A DNA stretch of 64,000 nt, from the NCBI RefSeq assembly GCF_006345805.1, contig NC_043006.1, positions 69,068,001 to 69,132,000 on the forward strand. Reading direction: 5' to 3'. Source of the DNA: Octopus sinensis. Taxonomy: Eukaryota. The notes under the pieces were generated by a model, which made no database searches, had not been told where the DNA came from, and saw only the letters and a program-made list of their open reading frames with translations. This document shows, in pieces, positions 1 to 11,756 of the stretch (position 1 is the first letter of the stretch; every line of letters begins with the position of its first letter). The translations under genes and the position numbers were made by a program.

Positions 1-120
1 TAGAACAGTCAAGCAAGTTTCCCGAGTTCTGGTCATAGACCATAGAACACTCAATCAAGTTTCCCGAGTTCTGGTCATAGACCATAGAACAGTAAACCAA
101 GTTTCCCGAGTTCTGGTCAT
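1..120. repeat. 42-bp tandem minisatellite, ~2.9 copies, truncated by window start
   Basis: Units 1-42, 43-84 and 85-120 read tagaaca(g/c)t(c/a)aa(g/t/c)caagtttcccgagttctggtcatagacca and differ at only 3 positions. Confidence 0.95.
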
Positions 121-1330
121 TTGCAGAATAAATAGAGACGGCGGAGGTGGCAGACGTCGTTGCAATGTAAACATGATTTGTTATAAGAAAAAGATTGTCC
201 AGATTGTGTGTTGGTGGTGGTGGTGGCGATGATAATTATCTTTAAGAATGGAGATAAAGAGAAATGAATGAATGGGAGTTAGAGGTAGAAAGAGAAGGTG
301 TAAATTTTGGAGTGAATCCGACGGGATTGTTTAGTGGGCTTTAACCCCGGCAAAAAAAAAATATCAGTTGCGTTTCTGAAAGAGGTGAAGTAGGAATATT
401 GAAAATTTTGCGGCTGTCATTGATAGACTCGTTGTAGAATAAATAGAGACGGCGAAAAAAGAGAGCTCGAGAAGAAAAGGTGATATATGAAAGAGAGGAC
501 GGGAAAATGAAATATTTTGCAATGTAACATGATTTGTTTTAAGAGAAAGATTGCCATGATTGTGTGTTGGTGGGTTGGTGGTGGCGATGATAATTATCAT
601 TAGGAAAAAGAGTGAGTGAGTGAGGAAGACATACATAAGTTGTGGCGATGATAATGTAGACCCCTTTTCACATTTTGATGAAGAGAACCCGATTTCATTC
701 GGGTGTACTGGGGCCACATATAGGTGTGTATGTGTGTGTGTGTGTGTGTGTGGTGTGGTGTGTGTGTGTGCACGCTGTAGAAATTAAATTAGAGATAAAA
801 CCACTAATAGGGAATGAAACAGTAAAAAACCAAAAACAAAAAACTAAAAAATAAATATTAGATATATGTAATATATGTGTGTGTGTGTGGTGTGGTGGTG
901 TGTGTGTGTGTGTGGTGTGTGTTGACAGGTAGACAATAGAATGCGATGGCGATGGCGATGTAATATTTGTTTCTGTCTATGAAACTGATAGATCATGAGT
1001 AAAATGTATGGGAAGCTAAGAGATAAGAGTGAGTGAAAATGTTCTTGGAAGAGAGGAAAACAGCGAGAGAGTGATTTGAGGAAGACTTTACATTAATAAC
1101 CGTAGTGGCATTGTCAAATGAAGAGGAGTGAGAGAGTACTGGAGGAAGTAGGGTGAGTGAGGAAGATGGCCCCTAGCAACCACACCTTTTAAGATAGGGA
1201 TTTCTAAGGTAGCCCACGCGCATCGTCACCTCATTCTACATGTCCCTGTAAATTTTGGAGCGAATCGGACGGGATGTAGTGGCATTGAAAGCGATCCAAG
1301 CGGTTAAAACGCATTTCAGTTTTATATATA
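121..1330. repeat. Degenerate interspersed repeat, three diverged related blocks (family unassigned, possibly PLE-associated)
   Basis: 121-245 resembles 430-600 (ttg(c/t)agaataaatagagacggcg...ttgcaatgtaacatgatttg...ggcgatgataattatc). 300-335 resembles 1248-1285 (taaattttggag(t/c)gaatc(c/g)gacgggat). Confidence 0.45.
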
Positions 1331-1356
1331 GAATATATATATATATATATATATAT

Positions 1357-1397
<41 letters not shown>

Positions 1398-1414
1398 ATA
1401 TATATATATATACA

Positions 1415-1665
1415 TATAATCAGTTTGTAACAACTTGTTGTCCAATCGTTGCTGAATTCTTTATCCGTTATTTTCACAAATAACCTTTTAACATTAATCT
1501 TATGTATTGGCTTAAGTTTTTCATTGTATGATTTGCCTAATAGTGGTTTTATCTCTAATTTAATATAATATAATATCTTACTATAAAATTGGATTCAATC
1601 CTAAATCTGATTTTTCCTGTAAGTTTGGATTTATTCCCTTATATTTTTATATATATACATATATA

Positions 1666-1732
<67 letters not shown>

Positions 1733-1852
1733 TGTATGTATATATTGGTGACTTGTATTTCCATGTTATATAATCAGTTTGTAACAACTTGTTGTCCAAT
1801 CGTTGCTGAATTCTTTATCCGTTATTTTCACAAATAACCTTTTAACATTAAT
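1415..1852. repeat. 84-bp identical direct repeats (1415-1498, 1769-1852) flanking a PLE-terminal-repeat-like segment and (TA)n
   Basis: tataatcagtttgtaacaac...ccttttaacattaat is present twice. The intervening 1500-1650 is homologous to 31480-31615. Confidence 0.9.
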
Positions 1853-1869
1853 TGTTTCGCCTTTGTTTT

Positions 1870-3032
1870 ACTGCTTTGGAAACGAATGGTGAAAAATTTG
1901 CGATTAGAGCCATTTTACTCGAGCAGTGGAAAAAAGCACTGAGTGTATGGGCAATGGTAAGAGAAACGAATGGTACAGAAGGCCCAGGAACGTGTGAAAC
2001 CAGACTAGTTTAGACGCTTTAAGGAAATGATACCAGCATCGAAGAAAAACCAAGATAGGAAGTCCTTCTAATGAGGTCTTGCTTGGAATGGGTGAACAGC
2101 AGCCGTGCATAAGCACTCGTACATTGTCGGTAGGACTTGCCCTTCACAACGTACCATCAGTCGACACCTCCATAAGCTCGGCCTTGTAAACAGACGCCGC
2201 TGAGAAGCTCCTCGCGAAATGACCAATGTCCAAGCTCAACGACGTGCGAACATATGGAAACAACTGGCAAATCCTAGAGGTGCCCGTTTTTCAAGGAATC
2301 AGTAGCTTTATTCTGACCACACTTCAGAACCTGCTGTCAAACAAGGACAGTTTGAACAGAAAGTTATGCTGTGTGTTTGGTGGAATTTCGAGAGGATGTT
2401 GCACTTTGAGCTTGTCTCAGATGGTCATGCTGTGAATGCTAACCCTTAGGCTCAACAACTACGGCGAGTATATGATGCTAAGGCGGCGAGCTGGCAGAAT
2501 CGTTGGCACGCCGGGCGAAATGCTTAGCGGCATTTCGTCTGCCGTTACGTTCTGAGTTCAAATTCCGCCGAGGTCGACTCTGCCTTTCATCCTTTCGTGG
2601 TCGATAAATTAAGTACCTGTTACGCACTGGGGTCGATATAATCGACTTAATCCGTTTATCTGTCCTTGTTTGTCCTCTCTATGTTTAGCCCCTTGTGGGT
2701 AGTAAAGAAATAGATATATGATGCTTTGAAAGCCCGTTACCCGATTGTGGTCAATCAAGGACGTGCACTACTACCGCATGACAATGCCCCAGTACACATT
2801 GCCAATAAGATCTTGCGCAAACTTGAGGGGCTAGAAGTGTTGCCTCACCCTGCCTACAATCCAGACCTATTCCGCGTCATGGTTCGTTTCTTGCACAGAC
2901 GGAGGTACAACAATGGTTACAGGGAAATTTTTGTTTACCTCTAAACGAAGCAAACGGTATAAACAGGGAACTGATCTTCTGGTAGAACGATGGCATCAGA
3001 CAATAGAATATGACGGGGATACTTTGATGAAT
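1870..3032 (+). mobile_element. Mariner (DD34D-type) transposase fossil, split by a SINE
   Basis: Translated pieces SQRTISRHLHKLG, KVMLCVWWNFERMLHFEL, RRVYDA|LKARYP, HDNAPVH and HPAYNPDL match mariner motifs (KVMLxVWWD, HDNARPH, HPPYSPDL). The copy is frameshifted and has stops. Confidence 0.9.
2480..2714 (+). mobile_element. SINE family A (tRNA-like head, A'' tail ending aaagaaata) with 11-bp TSD
   Basis: A-box-like tggcagaatcg and B-box gagttcaaattcc. TSD tatatgatgct at 2469-2479 and 2715-2725; removing the SINE restores the mariner frame. Confidence 0.92.
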
Positions 3033-3249
3033 AAGTGCTTTTCGTATTAATGTGTATATATAGAAATATAGCTCTCACCTGTAGCTAGGTGGCGATGCTG
3101 GGGGACACCGCTTTGCAAGCTTTAATCAAACAAACTGATCTCAGTACATGTAGGTCTTCTCTCTGAATAAGAATATATTTTCGAATTAATTGAGTTCTCG
3201 CCAAAACTGCTTTGCACAGAGAAATACTTCGCTTTTACTTGTATGATTG

Positions 3250-3658
3250 TACTGAATATACACAAGTACATTCATACACACTTGTGGGTCTGTATGTATG
3301 CGTTTGTATGGTTGTATATGTGTATGATATGCATAGGCACACATATATGCATATACATATATACATAACATACATACATGAATACATACATATGTGTGAA
3401 TCTCTCTCTCTCTCTCTCAACATATATATATATGTGAGTGTGTGTGTGTAAAAAGGGATGTATTATCTATGTACGTACGTATTATTGTATGTATGTATGT
3501 ATGTATGTAGTATGTATGTATGTATGTATGTATGTATGCATTTATGTATATGAGAGTGAATGACACCTAGTATTTGTTAGGTATATATATACGTGTGTGT
3601 TTCGATATATACATATACCCAAATATGTGTGAATTTCTCTTCTTCTCTCTCTCTCTCC

Positions 3659-3697
<39 letters not shown>

Positions 3698-3772
3698 CAC
3701 ACATACGTGTGTGTGTTTAGATACACATACACCGAAATATGTGTGAATCTCTTTCTCTCTCTCTCTCTCTTC

Positions 3773-3814
<42 letters not shown>

Positions 3815-3855
3815 AAAAGTATGTATCTATGTATATATGAATGTGTATGTATGTA

Positions 3856-3902
<47 letters not shown>

Positions 3903-4115
3903 TATAGATATAGATAGATATAGTATATACATATATACACAGACACATAATCACCACATAGGTGTGTTTATATATATCTATATTTATGTATACAGGTACG
4001 CTCACGAATGTATATATGTATATGTATATGTGTTTGTGTATGTGTGCGTATGCGTATACATACATACATACATAAATACATACATGCATATATACATACA
4101 CACATGTACAAGCGG

Positions 4116-4157
<42 letters not shown>

Positions 4158-4190
4158 ACAGACTCACATACGTAGGTAGATAAATATAAA
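3250..4190. repeat. Compound TA/TG/CA/TC microsatellite block
   Basis: Direct inspection. Includes a thrice-repeated atatgtgtgaat(ct)n motif at ~3390, 3625 and 3740. Confidence 0.95.
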
Positions 4191-4479
4191 CCAGACAATT
4201 CCAAAAGTTAATTAAGAGTAAGATATGATGATGGAACGAAACACTTCTCGGTTCTTGCAGGAAGTCATTTTAATCTTTTCCTGTGAGACTAAAAGCCAGA
4301 ATAGAAAATCTTTCAAGATGGAAGAGACGAAACAACATTGGCATAATGTTTTCAGGGAGTTTATATTATGTTATCATACAGATAGACAATCGCCCTGCTA
4401 CTACACACTCACTTGTTTGCGTATATAGGTGTGAAGGCGTGTGTGTCGCTGTGTGTACTTATATATTCGTATGCATATG

Positions 4480-4481
4480 TT

Positions 4482-4513
<32 letters not shown>

Positions 4514-4528
4514 TATAGTGTATATATG

Positions 4529-4593
<65 letters not shown>

Positions 4594-4623
4594 GTATATA
4601 TATATGTATATATATATATAATA

Positions 4624-4665
<42 letters not shown>

Positions 4666-4697
4666 AAGTATGTATATATATATATGTAAAGTATATA

Positions 4698-4734
<37 letters not shown>

Positions 4735-4812
4735 AGTAATATATGTATATATATATATATTATATATAATAAGGTATTATATATATGTAAAGTATATATA
4801 TATATAATATTA
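4480..4812. repeat. (TA)n-derived microsatellite
   Basis: Direct inspection. Confidence 0.95.
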
Positions 4813-4899
4813 TGTGCAGTTCTTTGTTACGTCCCTTTTTGTGTTACATTTTTTTCTTGCTCGTTTACCCCTCTACGAGTTTATTTTATTTTAATTCAC

Positions 4900-4995
4900 T
4901 CGTAGGAAGGCCTAGCTTGACCTTACGTGTTCTGTCTCTGCCTTCGAAACACGTGTCTGCTAGCGACAGCTGATGAAGGGGATTTTTCCTTGTGC
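4900..4995 (+). ncRNA. Hammerhead-like half motifs in PLE-terminal-repeat-like sequence (topology unresolved)
   Basis: gaaggc...gccttc stem, then GAAA-cacgtg-TC (4946-4957, palindromic), then CTGATGA (4970-4976). Confidence 0.35.
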
Positions 4996-5589
4996 AGCAT
5001 GTCCTGTACTTCGTTTTTCTGCTTAATAATTGTTTTTCCCGTTTTCGTTTTCGTTTCGTCTTGTTCCACGTCTCTGTCCTTCTGTTGTAACAAAATGTCT
5101 TTTCTGTTTTTTTGTTTGTTGATTTTTTCGTCTTCCTGTGATGTCCTGTTCGTATATATATTATATATGCATGTATATATACATGTAGATGTCGGTACGT
5201 ACATATTGTTGTGTATGTATGCATATATTTATTTATTACGCTATATATATATATATATACACAAAGTAAGATAAGGGTTATGGGTGTAACCCACTATGGG
5301 ATAGTATTTATCCAATATACTGTTGGTAAAGTACCCAGATTCTTAATACATAAATATATTGGAACATCTGGTCATAAGCATAGATGTGTTTATATGTTCC
5401 AATATATGTATATGACGTATGGTATATCTACTTGGACCTATTGTTTAATTCTGTTTATTTATGTATTTTACACTTGTAAAAGTACATACACTTTGCTTAT
5501 GTATGTATATGTGTATATATGTATATGTATATGTCTATATGAATATTTGTTAGTATTTTTTTATATATATTTATATATTAAATAATACG

Positions 5590-5725
5590 TGTATCTGACG
5601 AGGCCTAGGATATATATATATATAAGTAGCATATTTTTAAATGCCTACATCATTCTGTTGACAACTATAGGCAATAAAAATAAAAGTAACTACTTTTAGC
5701 CATATGCTGAAACAGCTGTAAGAAG
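5590..5725 (+). ncRNA. Hammerhead-like motif with (TA)n-interrupted stem II
   Basis: CTGACGA at 5595-5601; agcatat/atatgct helix (5628-5634/5702-5708); GAAA-cagctg-TA at 5709-5720. Confidence 0.45.
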
Positions 5726-5916
5726 TGATTTTAATGATTTCTATAATTTATATTGATTTTTATAACTTGTATTCTTATCTTATATGTATTGAATTATAAG
5801 ATATATATGTATAATATTGAGGTTCTCATTTTGTTGAATGAATAAATAATCCAGCATTCTAATATCCGAAAGTTGATGAACAAACTAAATTTGTTTCTCC
5901 ATTTTCTTATTTGTAT

Positions 5917-6024
<108 letters not shown>

Positions 6025-6110
6025 GTATATATGTATTCAAAATGTGACCGCGTGTGTACCGTTGGCGATTTTTTCATCCGTCTTCCCTCCTCTGGATCTT
6101 CCTTTTCCTA

Positions 6111-6147
6111 TGTCTCTGACAAAGAGCTCCGCTCGAAACGTAAAACC
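6111..6147 (+). ncRNA. Degenerate minimal hammerhead motif (PLE-type)
   Basis: CTGACAA-A-GAGC-tcc-GCTC-GAAA-CG-TA: one core mismatch and a poor stem I. Same architecture as 22433-22470. Confidence 0.5.
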
Positions 6148-6236
6148 CTCCTTCTTCCTTCCTTCCTGTGCGTCCAATAATACTATATTTGTTCCACGTC
6201 CTGCGTTGTTGTGTTTTCATGTTTGGATTAAACATT

Positions 6237-6271
<35 letters not shown>

Positions 6272-7516
6272 TATATAATATATAAAACAGAACGAAAATT
6301 GTATGCACATTTTGCTTTGACGGTTAATGGCGGCCAAACCGAGGCTAGGATCGAGCTGAAAATAGGCAGGGATACTAAATGCGGGTGAGAATGAGACCCG
6401 CGATGATTAAAATTCGCAAGCTATAAAGATGTGGTTACTATAGAAAAAAGAGTGATTTTTTATCGATTCAAGGGGGGCACAGAGCCCCTCAAGGTTTGTG
6501 CGATTGGCTTTTAATGCCCAGCGGCATGCACTGCAGGCTGTTGTGCTTAATAAACATACGAGTGCTTTTTGCCCTCATTTTCTTTTTAATCTTTATATAA
6601 AAGTGAAAGGATTTCGTCTATTTATTTCTGCTGTCCCCTTACGACGGTGATTCAGTTGACTAGGAAAACTATACGTGATGAATATCCAATACCAAACTAT
6701 CTTAATCTACATATTGAAACTGCATTAAACTTTGGCAAGCTTACCTTTACCTATTCTGAGTTACTTGAAAGGTGATGTTCCCTTCCCTCTCTTCTGATTG
6801 TTGATACCGTTTTTTTACCTTTCATGCCGTTGTTTCACTTTAAGGATGCTTCTTTACCCAGCCATAATATTTCGACTGCTGTCCATTGTTTCAAATAGGT
6901 TTTAGCATTGTCATTCTAGCCTTTTTTAAACACTCACATATGATTCGTCCCAAAGAATCAACCTTTAAATAAGAGTTTTGCTTCCACTAGCAAAAGCTAT
7001 ACGTATCTTTCGGGAAGCTCCATACTAATTTAACTTTATGCAGCATTCGCTGTTAGTTTATGTGCACGCTATGTGGGAAAATAGAATAAAGGGGGCTTTT
7101 GTTAGCTTTTCTCTCCGAAAAAAATAGCTGCCTTTGCTGTTGAAAAAAATAAACTCGCAGAGGGGAAGCTTCAACATCTTCCTTCAATTTCCTTACACCA
7201 TTTATGTGGCTGTTTCTGACAAGAAAGTTTGATTTCATGTAAACAACCATATTTTGTAGTCATTATCCGTAATCTACTCCCAAAACACTACAGTAGCTCT
7301 ACACTACATCGCTTGCAAACTTATATGTTCTATGATAATCAAAGTGCAACGACCTTCACAATAACCAACCTTCAATTTGATTTTCCGTTCCTAGGTTAAT
7401 CGGAAACAGATTGCCATGCTACACATAAACCTTCTCGGTAGCAACTTAAACCGCCAAAGGACGGGTGCGTTCACTAGTATATATATATATATATGTATGT
7501 ATACATACTTATGTAT

Positions 7517-7676
7517 AGGAGTGGCTGTGTGGTAAGCAGCTTGCTTACCAACCACGTGGTTCTGGGTTCATTCCCACTGCGTGGAACCTTGGGCAAGTGT
7601 CTTTTATTATAGCTTCAGGCCGACCAAAGCCTTGTGAGTGGATTTAGTAGATAGAAACTGAAAGTAGCCTGTCGTA

Positions 7677-7680
<4 letters not shown>
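7517..7680 (+). mobile_element. SINE family B head (tRNA-like plus CORE-like), followed by (TA)n(TG)n
   Basis: aggagtggctgtgtggtaag...gggttcattcccactgc...ccttgggcaagtgtctt. The last motif resembles the CORE domain. Confidence 0.85.
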
Positions 7681-7735
<55 letters not shown>

Positions 7736-8116
7736 CCGTGTGCGTGCGCGTGCGTATATCTGAGCAGGTCAGGCCGCAATAGGCGTGGATGTCCATTGCT
7801 GCCCACAGTCACGCCAGTGACGTCCTGATCTGAGCAGATATTACTGCAAACCTGTGGCTGTTTCAGAAATGTTTTAAGTTGTTTTATACAGCTCACTGTA
7901 TAAAAACATTTCCTTCCTCAGTGTTCCTTTCTCAATGTAGAATCCAGTAAGGCAGTAATTGGTGACAGTTCAGATTTTTTTTTTTTACTAAATGGCAAAA
8001 TATAAACAGGCTTAAATAAGAAATGAAAATGATTGACAGGTGAACTTTTACTTAATCATGCAATAATAGTCTATGGGAATATGCCATTTTCTACTCATAT
8101 TTCTTCATCCATGCTA

Positions 8117-8312
8117 CGAAATGCGTAGCCGTATTTCGTCTGTCGTTACGTTCTGAGTTCAAATTCCATCGAGGTCGACTTTGCCTTTCATCCTTACGGG
8201 GTCGATAAATTAAGTACCAGTTACGCACTGGGGTCGATGTAATCGACTTAATTCGTTTGTCTGTCCTTGTTTGTCCCTTCTATGTTTAGCCCCTTGTGGG
8301 TAATAAAGAAAC
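8117..8312 (+). mobile_element. SINE family A, 5'-truncated
   Basis: Near-identical to 2515-2712. Confidence 0.9.
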
Positions 8313-8399
8313 ATATAAAAATGAAATAATTTAACATTAAACATTTGTATATAAGTGTTCATTGGATCTAATCCAGATCATATTTTAACGTTAAAATTT

Positions 8400-8730
8400 T
8401 TTTTTTAATATTTATGCTCCTAACATATTAAAATATCTGGAATTTTATTTAATAATATGTTTTTATTTCTCTTACTATTGTATAGTATGCTATTCGATTC
8501 CTTTATGCAAAGCCTACAATATCCCATCAATCTACAAGTATGTGTGTTATATGGTGTTGATTCAGTAATTATCGACCACCTTAAATTATACTCAATGTTA
8601 GATTCTTTGAGGTGATTAATGTATGATGCTAATGTCACGGAATTTTTTATATTTCGGTGAATAAATGAATTCTTGTGTCCCCTATATCTATTTTTAAAAA
8701 CAATAGCACTCCAATATAAATTTCCTATAT
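8400..8730 (-). mobile_element. Penelope-like element GIY-YIG endonuclease C-terminal fragment
   Basis: FYIG..FKNRYRGHKNSF..TLASYINHLKESNIEYNLRWSII..YN..CRLCIKE matches the PLE endonuclease pattern (YIG, FKxRxxNHxxSF, LSxYIWxLK, CxLCxxE). Confidence 0.8.
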
Positions 8731-8752
8731 AGATATATATATATTATATATA

Positions 8753-8820
<68 letters not shown>

Positions 8821-8902
8821 CCACGCGGATAGGAAAGCCTATATATATACATATATACACACACACATACATATACGTTTATGTATGTGTGTGTGTGTAT
8901 GC

Positions 8903-9575
8903 ATTTAGTTAGTTAGTTAATTTTTGGGCTCAAAAAGCAAAAAACAAGGCCATGTAGGGGGACATGGAGTTATGTACAGGGTGGTGTTCATGTAAAGACT
9001 TCAGGCCACTTGAGGTCAAGGGAGACCTTGAACCGAGCGGTCGTCGGCATCTTCACCATCTCGTCTGGCAGTTTATTCCACGGATCCGCAACCCGGACGG
9101 AGAAAGCCCCTCTCCTTCGATTGAGATGAAATCGTCGCAGATAGAGCTTTTCGGAATGACCCCGCAGCCGACGCTCTGGAGCAGAAGTGAAGAACAGCTC
9201 TTACGAGAGGTTACACTTTCCGCTTATGATGTTGTGAGCAAGAATGAGATCTCCACGGCGTCGTCGTTTTTCTAGAGAATAAAGGTCGAGCGTCTTCAGC
9301 CTTTCTTCATAAGACAAATTCTTGAGACCAAGAACCATGCGGGTAGCCAGCTTCTGGACTCTTTCGAGATGCTGTATGTCTTTGAGGAGACAAGGAGAAG
9401 AGGCTTGAATCCCGTACACCAATATGGGTCTCACCAGCGTGGTATGTATATACAGATATACAGTGAGAATGAGTGCTCAACGCCGTATTGGTGGATAAAG
9501 ACTACCATTGGTTTCATGTTAAGAAAATCCAAAATAGAGACGAACAATAATTTCTCCATGTGATCAGCTTGAAGA
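8903..9575 (-). mobile_element. CR1-type LINE, 5'-truncated 3' fragment
   Basis: VRPILVYG...LERVQKLATRMVLGLKNLSYEERLKTLDLYSLEKRRRRGDLI...FSVRVADPWNKLP; ends in a (CTAA)n tail at ~8903-8917. Confidence 0.92.
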
Positions 9576-9846
9576 TTTGTTAAGATATTTTCTTAACATG
9601 AAACCAATAGAAGTCTTAATACACAAATGGAAAAGATATATATGTGTGTGTATGTATGTTTGTGTGTGTATACATGTACAGACACGTGCACGCACGCACG
9701 TACACATACACATATATATGTGTATGTATGCATGCATCTATATATGTACGAGTGAGTGAATATGTGATGAGAGTTAGATGTATTTACTGAGAGTTTGACT
9801 CAACTCCGCTTATAGTTTTGAAGGAATGGTACACATTCTCATCATT

Positions 9847-10086
9847 AAGGCGGCGAACTGGTAGAATCATTAGCACGCCGGGCGAAATGCTGGGCTGTAT
9901 TTCGTCTGCCGCTACGTTCTGAGTTCAAATTCCGCCGAGGTCGACTTTGCCTTTCATCCTTTCGGGGTCGATAAATTAAGTACCAGTTACGCACTGGGGT
10001 CGAGGTCGATAATCGACTTAATCCGTTTGTCTGTCCTTGTTTGTCTCCTCTGTGTTTAGCCCCTTGTGGTGGGTAGTAAGGAAATA
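9847..10086 (+). mobile_element. SINE family A full-length with 18-bp TSD
   Basis: TSD ggtacac(a/c)ttctcatcat at 9828-9845 and 10087-10104, one mismatch. Confidence 0.92.
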
Positions 10087-10439
10087 GGTACACCTTCTCA
10101 TCATCAAATGTTTGACTAGTTGTTGAGAGAATTTAAAAGATTATAATAGCCTCTAGATGAGAGTATTTAGGACTTCGGTGATCAAATGATGTCACATGGT
10201 TGTTTTTGCTTTCGTATTGACATCAGTTCATTTATAGGTAGCCCAAGTGATGGAACAGACTGGTTATTGCCTTCGCTTAGTCAGCGTTCTGGAAGGCGTG
10301 GCATTTCAGTGACATCGGCTTTGAAGATTGGTTTCTAACACGTGGCTGGGCAGACGAAACGTAGACGTCACTTAGCCGTCCTTTCTGTAGGATGTGGTGC
10401 TTCAGCGATAACAGTTACCACATGGGAACCGATTCGATA

Positions 10440-10546
10440 ATGAAAGATCATTCATTCATTCATCATAACAACCACTGTGTCATTATTACATCACGAAGGT
10501 GATTAGCAACACAACCAGCATCAACATCACCACCACCACCACCACC

Positions 10547-10580
<34 letters not shown>

Positions 10581-11345
10581 CCGCCACCGCCACCATCACC
10601 ACCACCACCAACAACGCCACCACCACCGCCGCCGCCGCCGCCACTGCCTCCACCACTGTCACTACCACTATAATCTATATCGATAGCCTCACCACCAACA
10701 CCACTGCCATCGCCGCCGCCACCGCCACCGCCACCATCATCACCACCACCGTCACCGCCTCTATCACTACCACTATAGCTGTATTGCTAGCCACACCATC
10801 ACCACCATCACCACGACCGCCGCAACCACCACAACCACCACAATCACTACCACACTAATCTGTATCGATATTCCCACCACCACCATCACCACCACCACCA
10901 CCACCACTATCACTACCACTATGATCTATATCGATAGCCCCACCGCTACCAACCCCACCGCCACAAACCCCACCACCTCCACCATCATCACCACCACCAC
11001 CACCACCACCACCACAGCCATAATTACCATCAATATCACTTGCACCATCGTCAACACTACCACCTACACTGCCATCATTATCTTACCACCAACGACCAGC
11101 GTCATCATAGCCACCACTTCTTTCATCAACAAACAAATATCGCGATCACTAAACCGTCACCACCACCACCACCACCACCACCATCAGCATACCAGTCAAC
11201 CACAAAGACAACAACAACAACAATAATACTTCACCAATATTAACCCTAACACCGTCACCAATGACAACATCAATTTATTTACCACCACCACCATCAACAT
11301 TAACGACACTAACATCAATAACATCATTAACAGTTACATTATCTC
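10440..11345. repeat. Trinucleotide (ACC/AAC/GCC/ATC) low-complexity block
   Basis: Direct inspection; produces spurious poly-Thr, poly-Val and poly-His ORFs. Confidence 0.9.
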
Positions 11346-11756
11346 CATCATAAAACATCACCACTCGCCAATATATCACCTCTCTCTCTCTCTCTCTCTC
11401 CCTATACATTATATATATATATATATATATGTAGATTATATATATAATATAATATATATATATATAATATAATAGGTATATGTATGTATGTATATATATA
11501 TAGAGACGAAAGTTAATATGAAATAAAGCCAAGACAAACCGGAAATGTGAACAATACGCATGACCGACAATCTTCTGCAGCATCAATCTCAGGTGCAGTG
11601 TTGTGTTCATGTGTGCATACAACGTGTTAATGAGTGCACATCTCTGTGCACACTCTGGGGACTTGTCTTTCTACGGCACTAACATTGTCTCTATCAGTAC
11701 ATACATCAGTACATATCAGTACACACACACATACATATGTGTGTGTGTGTTTGTGT

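Noticed and set aside
1-120. CRISPR-like repeats
   Set aside because: The units are contiguous with no unique spacers, there are no cas genes, and the context is eukaryotic.
6600-7250. Minus-strand VKVSLPKF serpin-like peptide within a stop-riddled frame
   Set aside because: Only 8 residues match and the flanking residues do not fit serpin motifs. It may be an unrecognised transposon fossil but cannot be supported.
10486-11243. Mucin-like poly-Thr and poly-His ORFs
   Set aside because: Trinucleotide low-complexity DNA with motif switching and no splice or start context.
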